A program made the position numbers and the translations under genes. Of a stretch of 64,000 bases of DNA, positions 10,151 through 19,455 are shown piece after piece; position 1 is the stretch's first letter; each line of letters starts with the position of its first letter. Under the pieces are notes generated by a model that saw only the letters and a program-made list of their open reading frames with translations, ran no database searches and was not told the DNA's origin. Origin of the DNA: Ignavibacteriota bacterium (GTDB lineage Bacteria > Bacteroidota > Ignavibacteria > Kapaibacteriales > UBA2268); contig JAGXGG010000064.1 of the NCBI GenBank assembly GCA_024636855.1, positions 26,162 to 90,161 on the forward strand, given 5' to 3'.

Positions 10151-10161
10151 GGGTTTTAAAA

Positions 10162-10755
10162 TTATTTATCATGGATAACTATCCACTCACCAGTCCATTC
10201 GTGCATTATGTTAATAGCTACTTGAGCACCAGTACCTGCAACTATTGGGTAATGAGAGCTAACATCGGCAAGCAAACCACAAACGAAGACATTATCACTG
10301 ACTTTGTAGTCAGTATGCTCTATTGCTACCCTTGAATTATTTGTAGTTCTTGTGAAAGGTTTGATAGGTAATTCTAGCCCTTTTATATCCCAGCTTCTGA
10401 AACCAGTGGCTAGCAATAGATTAGTGGCTGAGTACTCTTTATCCTTTTTCGATTTGATGATAAAACCGTCTTCACCTTTGATGATTTCTGATATTCTGCT
10501 ATCATGGAATTTAGCTATACCATAACTTTGTACTTGCTCTACTAATTTCTTGATTGCTTTCTTGCCAGATGTACCTTGTTTTACGCCCGGTGCATTGAAG
10601 AACTTTGCTTTCAAAGCATCAGAACCACCTGCATCAAATATGGCGATGGTTTTATCTTTTAAACTTTCGTTGTCTTTGATTCCAGCGGAGAGAATCAACG
10701 CAGCAGAGAGACCAGAAATCCCACCACCAATAATTGCTAAATCGTATTTTTTCAT
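10162..10755 (-). CDS. Small FAD/NAD(P)-binding oxidoreductase (pyridine nucleotide-disulfide oxidoreductase-like, about 200 aa form)
   Basis: N-terminal dinucleotide-binding fold KKYDLAIIGGGISGLSAALIL (GxGxxG) and a second glycine-rich segment LLLATGF. Only 197 aa. Confidence 0.7.
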   Translation of the reverse strand: MKKYDLAIIGGGISGLSAALILSAGIKDNESLKDKTIAIFDAGGSDALKAKFFNAPGVKQGTSGKKAIKKLVEQVQSYGIAKFHDSRISEIIKGEDGFIIKSKKDKEYSATNLLLATGFRSWDIKGLELPIKPFTRTTNNSRVAIEHTDYKVSDNVFVCGLLADVSSHYPIVAGTGAQVAINIMHEWTGEWIVIHDK

Positions 10756-10764
10756 TTATTAGTT

Positions 10765-11244
10765 TTAATTTTTAGGTTCACTTTTATTCAATTTATATTT
10801 ATCCCCCAAGATATATAGATTTGGGGGCGAATTTCTAAATACAATATGCACATCAATTTTTGAATTTAATTCGTCAAATAAAACAATACAATACTTAAGC
10901 CCATAATCTTTCCTGATAGTTATCATATTAATATTTTGAATGTCAACTTTTATACTATTTATAGTCAACAAAGAGGACTTCAAAGTTATAAATTTTGTAT
11001 CATAACCTTCATTATTATCAAGTTCAAGTTCCGTTATATCGTCGTTTGCATGATTAGATAGATAAATCTTATAATCAACTCCTAATGATTGAAGTCCAAG
11101 GAAGTAAAACTTTACCTCTTCATTATGGAGATTCATAGCTGTATCCCAAACTTCTACATTCCCTAATTCCAGTTTTTCACTATTACAGCTTATGACTAAA
11201 GATAAGAAAAGGAGTATAACAATTATATTTAACGTTCTTTTCAT
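10765..11244 (-). CDS. Hypothetical lipoprotein
   Basis: 159-aa ORF with a signal peptide ending LVISCNSE (lipobox). Confidence 0.45.
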   Translation of the reverse strand: MKRTLNIIVILLFLSLVISCNSEKLELGNVEVWDTAMNLHNEEVKFYFLGLQSLGVDYKIYLSNHANDDITELELDNNEGYDTKFITLKSSLLTINSIKVDIQNINMITIRKDYGLKYCIVLFDELNSKIDVHIVFRNSPPNLYILGDKYKLNKSEPKN

Positions 11245-11290
11245 TTTATCTCATCTTTATTTAAGGATTCATGACTTTTTTACTAAATAA

Positions 11291-11722
11291 TCAATGAACT
11301 TTATCTTTATGGTTTACTAATGAGTTATCTAGGTATTGGTGTACTGTTTCTTCGAAGTCTTTGTTTGTAGTTATGATAGGTTCCATTTTGAATTGCTCAA
11401 TACTGTCCCATGCATTAGCACACATACCACGGGCGATTACTACTTGGCAATCAGATATAGACTTCGCTATTTTCATGTGCTTGTCTTTGCTAGCATCAAC
11501 TACAGTCAGTGAAAATTGACCCATTCCAGTTCCACTACTATTTTTAGATATTAACTTGGGAACTTCATCAGCAGCTTTATCTACGTAAACTTCTCTTAGT
11601 TCTTCGTTTACTATTTTGCTGTTTTCTATTTCAAATACTTTGAAGTATTGGGAAGATCCGAAAGTTCCGACAATGGATTCTCCATTTTTCGTAACTATTG
11701 CAATTTTTAACATTTCATTCAT
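11291..11722 (-). CDS. NifX/NafY-family (dinitrogenase FeMo-cofactor-binding fold) protein
   Basis: MLKIAIVTKNGESIVGTFGSSQYFKVFEIENSKIV matches the MKIAIpsdDg...HFG.a..F.iyd N-terminus of the family. The ORF track starts 16 codons upstream at 11770; the internal Met was chosen as the more likely start. Confidence 0.55.
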   Translation of the reverse strand: MNEMLKIAIVTKNGESIVGTFGSSQYFKVFEIENSKIVNEELREVYVDKAADEVPKLISKNSSGTGMGQFSLTVVDASKDKHMKIAKSISDCQVVIARGMCANAWDSIEQFKMEPIITTNKDFEETVHQYLDNSLVNHKDKVH

Positions 11723-11800
11723 AATAAGACACAAATTTTTAAATTGGTTAATGCATTCAAGACGCAACAAATATAATTTAATTTAGGGAATATATAAATA

Positions 11801-12274
11801 TTGACCGAATTAGACGAAAAATTCATGGGACTAGCTTTGGAAGAAGCACATAAGGCATCAGAACACGGCGATGTTCCAATTGGTTGTGTTATAGTGCAAA
11901 GTGGCAATATAATAGCTGCTACTCACAATAGAGTCGAGATAGACAAAGACTCGACAGCACACGCAGAGCTTTTAGCAATTCGAGAAGCACAAAAAAGTAT
12001 TGGGTACAAACATTTATTAGATTGTGAAATGTATATTACTTTAGAGCCATGCGCTATGTGTGCAGGTGCAATAGTTTTGTCAAGGGTGAACCAGCTTTTC
12101 ATAGCTACTTCAGACCCAAAATCTGGCGCTTGTGGTAGCGTCATGGATATTACGAATAACACAGAACTGAACCACAGATGTGAAGTTCATTACGGAATAT
12201 ACGAGGCAGAATCTTCAGAATTACTGAAGAATTTTTTCAAAAAGATAAGAGAGCGAAATGGCAGAAGAAGTTAA
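11801..12274 (+). CDS. tadA: tRNA-specific adenosine deaminase
   Basis: CMP/dCMP deaminase zinc motifs HAELLAIREA and TLEPCAMCAGA. The 157-aa size fits. Confidence 0.9.
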   Translation: MTELDEKFMGLALEEAHKASEHGDVPIGCVIVQSGNIIAATHNRVEIDKDSTAHAELLAIREAQKSIGYKHLLDCEMYITLEPCAMCAGAIVLSRVNQLFIATSDPKSGACGSVMDITNNTELNHRCEVHYGIYEAESSELLKNFFKKIRERNGRRS

Positions 12275-12947
12275 ACCGGCATTGTATATAGTACCAACCC
12301 CTATCGGCAATATGGATGATATGACGTTCAGAGCTATTAGGATACTAAAGAGTGTAAATGTAATAGCATGTGAAGATACCCGTGTTACAGGTAAGCTACT
12401 TTTCTACTACAAGATAAACACACCGATGATAAGCTATCACGAACACAACGAAGCGCAGAAGACGGATTTTCTTGTCAATGAGATATTCAGTGGTAAATCG
12501 GTGGCATTAGTTAGCGACGCTGGAACCCCACTCATCTCTGACCCAGGTTTCCCGCTAGTACGAAAGTGCAGAGAAGAAGGAATTGACGTCATAGCTTTAC
12601 CTGGTGCTAGTGCATTTGTTACTGCTATTAGTGCGTCTGGCTTCCCCTCTCACCAATTTAAATTCCTCGGATTCGTCCCTAATACTAAGGGGCGTAAGAA
12701 ATTCATGGAGGCACTTCTACAAGAAACCGGTACGCTAGTTATGTATGAATCACCTAATAGAGTAAAGAGGTTCTTGAAAGACCTAAATAAAATGAAAGAA
12801 GAAGATTTTAAAATCTGTTTGGCTAGGGAGTTAACTAAGAAATTCGAAGAATATATATTCGATACAATAGAAAACATACAAACTCGGCTTAATGATCTGA
12901 CTCTAAAAGGCGAATTTGTTATAATCGTGGATATGAATAAAAAATAA
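12258..12947 (+). CDS. rsmI: 16S rRNA (cytidine1402-2'-O)-methyltransferase
   Basis: LYIVPTPIGNMDDMTFRAIRILKSVNVIACEDTR is the RsmI signature. Overlaps tadA by 17 nt. Confidence 0.9.
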   Translation: MAEEVKPALYIVPTPIGNMDDMTFRAIRILKSVNVIACEDTRVTGKLLFYYKINTPMISYHEHNEAQKTDFLVNEIFSGKSVALVSDAGTPLISDPGFPLVRKCREEGIDVIALPGASAFVTAISASGFPSHQFKFLGFVPNTKGRKKFMEALLQETGTLVMYESPNRVKRFLKDLNKMKEEDFKICLARELTKKFEEYIFDTIENIQTRLNDLTLKGEFVIIVDMNKK

Positions 12948-13007
12948 TAAGTTCTATAAAATTTAAGAATAATTACGTAAATTTAAGTTTTTTTCAGCGG
13001 TGGAAAT

Positions 13008-13613
13008 ATGTTTATAACATTCGAAGGAATAGATGGTTCAGGGAAAAGTACTCAGATATTATTACTGAGAGAGTATTTGGTTAAAAATGGGCATAAGGTA
13101 GTCACTCTAAGAGAGCCCGGTGGTACTGAGCTATCTGAGTATATCAGAGCAGTACTATTGAACAAGAAATTAGAAGTCTCTGATATATCAGAATTACTAC
13201 TATTCCAAGCAGCAAGAGCTGATTTGGTAAAAACGATAGTATTACCATCTTTAGATCAAGGAAGAATAGTACTAAGCGATAGATTTTACGACTCTACAAC
13301 AGCATATCAAGGTTACGGTAGAGGTATTGACATGGAAATCATCGAAAAAAGTAACCAAATAGGTAGTTTAGGTGTCTTACCAGATATGACTTTTTACCTA
13401 AACATAGAAAGAAGTGTAGGACAGAACAGAGATATAGAAAAAGTTAGAGATAGAATGGAGCTTTCTGGCGATGAATTCTATGAAAAAGTAATAAACGGCT
13501 ATAATGAATTAGCTAAAAGTGAGTCTAGATTTATAACCATAGACGGCAACCAAGATGTGAAAGCAATACATGCTTTGGTTGTAGCAGAAGTTGAAAAATT
13601 AATTAATAAATAA
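13008..13613 (+). CDS. tmk: Thymidylate kinase
   Basis: P-loop FITFEGIDGSGKSTQ and the DRF/Y motif (LSDRFYDSTTAYQG). Confidence 0.93.
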   Translation: MFITFEGIDGSGKSTQILLLREYLVKNGHKVVTLREPGGTELSEYIRAVLLNKKLEVSDISELLLFQAARADLVKTIVLPSLDQGRIVLSDRFYDSTTAYQGYGRGIDMEIIEKSNQIGSLGVLPDMTFYLNIERSVGQNRDIEKVRDRMELSGDEFYEKVINGYNELAKSESRFITIDGNQDVKAIHALVVAEVEKLINK

Positions 13614-13629
13614 GTTTTAGAGGAATTTT

Positions 13630-16227
13630 GTGAGAAATTTAAAGATAATATTAATGTTGGTAATCATATCAGCATTTACAATAAACGCAGGAGCGAAGGA
13701 TTTCGATGCTTCTGAATTTGTAATTAAAAACAAAAAGAATAACGTAGTCCAATCTGATCTTAATCGCTATGATTTTGAAGTTTTAGACACTAAAGCCAAG
13801 GAAATATTCAATTCTGGTGCTAATCATATAGTAATAAATAACTTCTCAATCAGACCTGATTATTCAGTAAACTTAGTTTTGTCTAAGCACAATAGTTCTT
13901 TTTCAAAAGATATATCTATCAAGGCATTCAAAGATGGGAAAAAAGTAGATTATAATTATACAAAAAACTCTAGATACTACGGACACATAGAAGGTGCTGA
14001 AAGGTCTGATGTATATATTTCCTACTCAAGTCTTGGACTAGTTGGTTTTATACAAGATGATAGTGGTCAGATGTATGATGTCTCTGCGGACTTGACGAAA
14101 TTAGGTGGAGAGAAAGTACCTCATAATGTAGCTGAAACTACAATAGGTCAATTAAATGATAAAGCATCTCAAATTTGTGGTATGGACGAATTCTCTGACT
14201 TCCAACCAGAATTACTTGAATTTGATGACCATAAAACTCATAATGAAATTCAAAAAGATGAACTTTACGAAGTTAAAATAGCTGCTGATGGTAATTTTGA
14301 ACTTTATATTATGTTTTGTGCTTATGAATTGAATAAGAGTAGAAATAATTGGGAAATGTGGTTTGAAGACATGACTCAAGAAGAAAAAGACAATTCTCTT
14401 CAAAGAACTATTGACTATATAGAGAATGTAATGTCAGCTGTTTCTAGAATATATACTAGAGAGACAGCAATTATTATAACAGTAAATCATGTCACTATAT
14501 TTAATGACCCATTCGAAGATCCATATTTCTCATTATTCGAAGCAGGTTTGCAAAATAAACTTAGCTCTATGAGAAATATATGGCTTGCAAGACCCAATGA
14601 AGCCAAAGATAGAGTATTAGCAACTTTGTTCTCGGATAACTCAAGACAACCCTCTGGATCTTCTACTCTAGGAATTGCTTTTTCTGGACAGAATTATAGT
14701 GGAACACTTTGTAATACAAATCAAGGGTATTCAGCGCTGGGTATGATAGGTAGAGTAGAATTTCCAAGAGTTGCTTTTTCACAAGACGTACAAGTAGCTG
14801 CACACGAATTTGGTCATAATTTTGGTTGCCCTCATACACATTTCTGTGGTTGGCCTCAGATGGGAGAATCTATAATTGATTCTTGTGTCTCTGCTTCTTT
14901 AGCTAGTGATGCTTATTGCATCTCTTCAACAGATAGAAGAACAAAACATAATGGAACTATAATGAGTTACTGTCACTTTGGTGGTGGAATAGACTTCAGA
15001 TTTCACCCACGAATGGTACAAAGAATAAGAAAATCAGCAAAAGATGCTCTAAAAAGTTGTGTTATATTACCTAAAGAACCTGTTGTTAGGTTAGTAAGAC
15101 CAATAGGTGGTGAAGAATACTTTGCTGGTTCAGACGAGAAAATAGCATTTATTGCGGCTAACGTAAGTACTTCAAAACTTTTCTATTCAAGAGATTTAGG
15201 TAAAAACTGGATTGAAATTAGTGAAGTCAATACTGAAGATGATACACTTTATACTTGGACTATACCTGCTGAAATAGGAACAGAGTATATGGTAAGAATA
15301 GAATCCGCTACTGACCCATCTGTATTTGACCAAAGTGAATTACCGTTCGATGTAACAGATTTCACTATCTTATCAGAGTTTCCTAAACCAGGTGATAAAT
15401 TAGGCTATTTATCAAAACAGAGACTTAGCTGGGTTAGATTTAATGTTGGTGAGGTAGTTGTAAAATTATCTACAGACAATGGCGAAAGTTTTGCCGAGAT
15501 TGGAGAAGGAGACATTAACTCTTTAAACAATGTTGACTTCCCAGATGTATCAACAGATAAAGCGATATTGCTTGTAGAGTCAAAAGAATTCCCTAATGTT
15601 AACCTTACTATTCCGTTCATATTAGGTATGGAAACAGTTAATTTCACTAGTCCAATGATTAATGATACTCTTAACTCTAACTTGAATGAATATACTATCA
15701 AATTCAATACAAATTTTATTAACACTGAATTTGAAATATATTATAGAGCAGATCAATCTGGAAGTTGGAATCAATTAACAAGATTCAATAATAAAGTTGA
15801 TTTGGAAAACAATGAATTTGTCTGGGATTTTGATGCTAGCATAGTTCCTGGTCAATTTGGAGAATTGAGAGCACAAGTTAGTGGAAACAATACTTCAATC
15901 GGAGAAACTGGCGTATTTTACTTCGATGGACTTTCTTCTGTTGGCAAATCATACTCCAACGTGTTTACGATTGAGTCAATAACTCCTAATCCTGCAGGTA
16001 GTCAATTTACTCTTACTATAAATAACTCTAGAAACCATTTGGTAAGAACTAATATCAGAATAGTAGGTACTGATGGTAAATTATATCAAACTATTGGTGA
16101 CAAGTACTATGGCACTGGTAAAACACCTCTAGAAATAGATGTTTCTAAATTACCAATTGGAACATATTATGTAATGATAGAGACAGATAAATACAAAGAC
16201 GTTCAACAACTAAAAGTTGTTAGATAG
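13630..16227 (+). CDS. Secreted zinc metalloprotease (metzincin, HExxHxxGxxH; reprolysin/pappalysin-like) with T9SS C-terminal sorting domain
   Basis: GTG start. Signal peptide. VAAHEFGHNFGCPHTHF zinc-binding consensus. C-terminus FTIESITPNPAGSQFTLTIN...GTYYVMIETDKYKDVQQLKVVR is a T9SS CTD. Confidence 0.8.
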   Translation: MRNLKIILMLVIISAFTINAGAKDFDASEFVIKNKKNNVVQSDLNRYDFEVLDTKAKEIFNSGANHIVINNFSIRPDYSVNLVLSKHNSSFSKDISIKAFKDGKKVDYNYTKNSRYYGHIEGAERSDVYISYSSLGLVGFIQDDSGQMYDVSADLTKLGGEKVPHNVAETTIGQLNDKASQICGMDEFSDFQPELLEFDDHKTHNEIQKDELYEVKIAADGNFELYIMFCAYELNKSRNNWEMWFEDMTQEEKDNSLQRTIDYIENVMSAVSRIYTRETAIIITVNHVTIFNDPFEDPYFSLFEAGLQNKLSSMRNIWLARPNEAKDRVLATLFSDNSRQPSGSSTLGIAFSGQNYSGTLCNTNQGYSALGMIGRVEFPRVAFSQDVQVAAHEFGHNFGCPHTHFCGWPQMGESIIDSCVSASLASDAYCISSTDRRTKHNGTIMSYCHFGGGIDFRFHPRMVQRIRKSAKDALKSCVILPKEPVVRLVRPIGGEEYFAGSDEKIAFIAANVSTSKLFYSRDLGKNWIEISEVNTEDDTLYTWTIPAEIGTEYMVRIESATDPSVFDQSELPFDVTDFTILSEFPKPGDKLGYLSKQRLSWVRFNVGEVVVKLSTDNGESFAEIGEGDINSLNNVDFPDVSTDKAILLVESKEFPNVNLTIPFILGMETVNFTSPMINDTLNSNLNEYTIKFNTNFINTEFEIYYRADQSGSWNQLTRFNNKVDLENNEFVWDFDASIVPGQFGELRAQVSGNNTSIGETGVFYFDGLSSVGKSYSNVFTIESITPNPAGSQFTLTINNSRNHLVRTNIRIVGTDGKLYQTIGDKYYGTGKTPLEIDVSKLPIGTYYVMIETDKYKDVQQLKVVR

Positions 16228-16249
16228 TATTAGTATAATTTTCGTTAAA

Positions 16250-16288
16250 TTCCGCAATTGAAATAGTTTCAATTGCGGAATTTTTTTT
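16250..16288 (+). terminator. Rho-independent terminator downstream of the metalloprotease gene
   Basis: Perfect 14-bp inverted repeat TTCCGCAATTGAAA-tag-TTTCAATTGCGGAA followed by T8. Confidence 0.85.
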
Positions 16289-16301
16289 GGGATAATCATA
16301 T

Positions 16302-17198
16302 ATGATAAACAAACTAATTACAAAGACCTTACCTCTCTTTCCAAAGTCTTTCGTTTACTTATTTGCAAAAAAATATATAGCTGGCGCTACACTTGAGGAA
16401 GCTGTCAAAGTTTGTAAATTGCTTGAAGCAAAAGGTGCCTGCACCACCATTGACACATTAGGTGAATTTGTAAATTCCAAACAACAAGCAACTAAAGAAA
16501 CTAAAATGAGTTTTGCCGTGTTAGATGCTATAAAAGAGAATTCTTTAAATTCTTATTTATCTATTAAGCCAACTTCACTTGGTCTAGAAATAGATATTCA
16601 TTTCGCTTATAGCAATATTAAAAGAATTGTTTCAAAAGCCAAGGAAATGGGTCTTTTTGTTAGACTCGACATGGAAAATACTCCATATACTTCAAAGACA
16701 TTAGATATCTATAAAAAGTTGAGAGATGAGCAGTTTGATAATGTCGGCTTTGTAATACAAGCATACTTAAAACGAAGTATGGATGATATCAAATCTATGA
16801 GTAAATTTACACCAAGCACTAGACTATGCAAAGGTATCTATAACGAGTCACCATCATTAGCTTACAAAGACAGGGAAAAGATACGTGATAATTACAAAGA
16901 ACTGTTAAATTATATGTTTGAAAATGGTTATTATACATGTATTGCTACTCATGATGATTTACTTCTGAATTACGCTGAAAATTTAATCAAGGAAAAAAAG
17001 ATATCTAAAGATAAATATGAGTTCCAAATGCTACTAGGTGTAACAGAATCACTTAGAGCTAAGCTAATCGCCAATGGACATAAAGTCCGCGTATACACGC
17101 CTTATGGTATTGATTGGTATGGTTACTCAATCAGAAGACTGAATGAGAATCCTCAAATGGCAGGACATATAGTTAAATCAATATTCACAAGAAAATGA
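16302..17198 (+). CDS. putA: Proline dehydrogenase (monofunctional PRODH)
   Basis: Collinear match to the short PRODH family: YIAGATLEEA, FVRLDMENTPY, RLCKGIY, CIATHD, YEFQMLLGV, RVYTPYGIDWYGYSIRRLNENPQ. Confidence 0.85.
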   Translation: MINKLITKTLPLFPKSFVYLFAKKYIAGATLEEAVKVCKLLEAKGACTTIDTLGEFVNSKQQATKETKMSFAVLDAIKENSLNSYLSIKPTSLGLEIDIHFAYSNIKRIVSKAKEMGLFVRLDMENTPYTSKTLDIYKKLRDEQFDNVGFVIQAYLKRSMDDIKSMSKFTPSTRLCKGIYNESPSLAYKDREKIRDNYKELLNYMFENGYYTCIATHDDLLLNYAENLIKEKKISKDKYEFQMLLGVTESLRAKLIANGHKVRVYTPYGIDWYGYSIRRLNENPQMAGHIVKSIFTRK

Positions 17199-18034
17199 AA
17201 ACTCTACTAATAGTTATAACGTCACTCCTGCTACTTTCGGGTTGTGGGACTAATAATGACATAACTATTGGAACTTTCAATATTGCATGGCTAGGAGATG
17301 GTAAAGAAGACAAAACCCCTAGAACCCTTGAAGACATAAAAAATATAAACCAAGTAATTACAATCCTTAATGCAGATATATTAGCTCTACAAGAGATAGA
17401 GAACAGCAAAGCTATTGAAAGTATAGTTGACACGACAAAGTATTATATTATAGCTTCAACATACCCCAAAGAACAAAAGACAGCTCTTATCATAAACAAG
17501 AAAATAGAAATTATAAAGACCTACCAATTGGATGCTATATCTTTAGGTAATGAAGATTTAAGACCGGGTTTAGTGGCTTATTGTAAGTATAATGGATTTG
17601 ACTTCTTAGTAGGTTCTTTCCACTTCAAATCTACTTCTAGATATGATGATACACCCTATAAAAAGTCAAGAAGTTTTGATATAAGACAAGAACAATCTGC
17701 AATTCTAATCGAAGAAATAAACAAGCTAATTTCCATTAATAATGACAAAGATGTTATATTACTTGGGGATTTTAATGATAATCCTTCAAAAAAGAATAGT
17801 AATATAACAGCATTGGATAATGATGAATTTGACTTTCTAACTAGTGATATGATGAGTTGTAAGTACTCAATATGGAAATCAATTAACCATATTATAGTTA
17901 GTCAATCTATGAAAAGTAGAGCGAAAAACTCAACACTTACTATGATTGATATAAACGCAATGTTTCCTGAAGAAGAAGCAAAAAAGGTATCAGATCACTG
18001 TCCCGTATTAGTAAAATTCAGCTTGAGTCAATAA
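17195..18034 (+). CDS. Endonuclease/exonuclease/phosphatase (EEP) family lipoprotein
   Basis: Lipobox LLLSGCGT. EEP motifs IGTFNIAWLG, LALQEIEN, ILLGDFND, SDHCPVLV. Confidence 0.85.
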   Translation: MKTLLIVITSLLLLSGCGTNNDITIGTFNIAWLGDGKEDKTPRTLEDIKNINQVITILNADILALQEIENSKAIESIVDTTKYYIIASTYPKEQKTALIINKKIEIIKTYQLDAISLGNEDLRPGLVAYCKYNGFDFLVGSFHFKSTSRYDDTPYKKSRSFDIRQEQSAILIEEINKLISINNDKDVILLGDFNDNPSKKNSNITALDNDEFDFLTSDMMSCKYSIWKSINHIIVSQSMKSRAKNSTLTMIDINAMFPEEEAKKVSDHCPVLVKFSLSQ

Positions 18035-18038
18035 GGAA

Positions 18039-19385
18039 TTACCTTAATAAGAATTCAGTTCTTCTATTATGTGCTCTTCCATCATTCGTATTATTATCTG
18101 CAATAGGATTCTCATCTCCGTGACCAGTAAAGCTAATTCTATTGCTATCAATACCTAAACTAACTAATTCATTTTTAACTGTTTCAGCTCTTTTATCAGA
18201 TAATTTCAAGTTATAATCAGCATTACCAGTATTGTCAGTATGGCCATGAAGCTCGATCTTCAATTCAGGATTAGATTTCATATAATCAGCTAACATTTTT
18301 ACTGCATTTTTTGATTCTTTTTTCAATGTTGATTTATCATGGTCAAATAGAACATTGAGCAGAACTAAGCTACCAATAGGTGGTGTATTATTATAAGTAT
18401 ATTCATCAAAGTATTCTTTCCCATCGACACATATTTTTAGCTTTAATTTGTGCTCACCAAAACTATCCACATCATATTCTATAAGATAATAATTATTCAA
18501 TCTAGTATATACGTCATCAAATACGTAATCAAATTCTTTTGTTAGATATATGTGGTGGTATATTCCATAAGTTCTGTTTGCTATCTCTTGAAGCATTTTC
18601 TCATCTACATTATATCCATAGTCAACTGTCGATACAAATATATTTTTCTCTCTAGCCGATTTAACTACATCATCTATTGCTAGCTTAGATGAATTATCAT
18701 AGCCATCAGTAAATACGACAACTGCTTTTTTGTGAGTTAGTGGCTCATTTTCAAGTATAGTAACTGCTTTAACTATAGCGTCTCTAGTAGCAGTCAAGCT
18801 ACCATAACCCTGTAATCCATTTATCTTGTGATCTGCATTGAGAGTTGCAATATCTTTATCAGGCCCTGCATGTACAGCTATTTTATTATCATATCTAATA
18901 AGAGTAATTCTATCTTGGTCTCTTTTATTGTCTATTAACTTTTGTACTGCCATTTGCATATTCTTTGCTCTTTCTTCACCCATCGAACCGGAATGATCCA
19001 TAACAATAGCTATACTTATAGGAGAGCTGTTCTTATCCTTGTATTCTACTACATTCAAATTTATTTTATTCTCGCCCATAATGGTAGAATCTATGATCTC
19101 ACACCAAATATCTTTTTTATTACTTGCGTTAGTTAACAGTGTATTTCTATCATTTACCAAATGTATGAATGCAGTAGTTTTATTACCTTCGAATCTAACA
19201 TTACTTACTTTTACTTGGAGTGAATCCTTCCCGTTCTTATCATATTCCATTTTTTGAGTTACGAATATAGGATTGTATCCAGCTGGAGGTGTGGAGTCTG
19301 GGACGTAGTTTTCTCCATTATTTTGGATAGTTTTACAAGATGTGATGATAATAAATGTAGCTATATATAAAACAATCTTTTTCAT
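18039..19385 (-). CDS. vWA-domain / OmpA-like peptidoglycan-binding lipoprotein
   Basis: Lipobox IITSCKT. MIDAS motif DHSGSMG with VVVFTDGYDNSS (vWA). C-terminal OmpA_C-like ELHGHTDNTGNADYNLKLSDKRAETV. Confidence 0.8.
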   Translation of the reverse strand: MKKIVLYIATFIIITSCKTIQNNGENYVPDSTPPAGYNPIFVTQKMEYDKNGKDSLQVKVSNVRFEGNKTTAFIHLVNDRNTLLTNASNKKDIWCEIIDSTIMGENKINLNVVEYKDKNSSPISIAIVMDHSGSMGEERAKNMQMAVQKLIDNKRDQDRITLIRYDNKIAVHAGPDKDIATLNADHKINGLQGYGSLTATRDAIVKAVTILENEPLTHKKAVVVFTDGYDNSSKLAIDDVVKSAREKNIFVSTVDYGYNVDEKMLQEIANRTYGIYHHIYLTKEFDYVFDDVYTRLNNYYLIEYDVDSFGEHKLKLKICVDGKEYFDEYTYNNTPPIGSLVLLNVLFDHDKSTLKKESKNAVKMLADYMKSNPELKIELHGHTDNTGNADYNLKLSDKRAETVKNELVSLGIDSNRISFTGHGDENPIADNNTNDGRAHNRRTEFLLR

Positions 19386-19455
19386 TCTTTTTCTAATTTG
19401 ATTAATGATGTGTATTTACAAATTAATAGAAATGAAAAACAAATCAAAAAAAAGT

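Noticed and set aside
10081-10335. 84-aa plus-strand ORF overlapping the oxidoreductase gene and the GC-rich island
   Set aside because: It overlaps a well-supported minus-strand gene and has no motif. It is a typical spurious ORF in a GC-elevated region.
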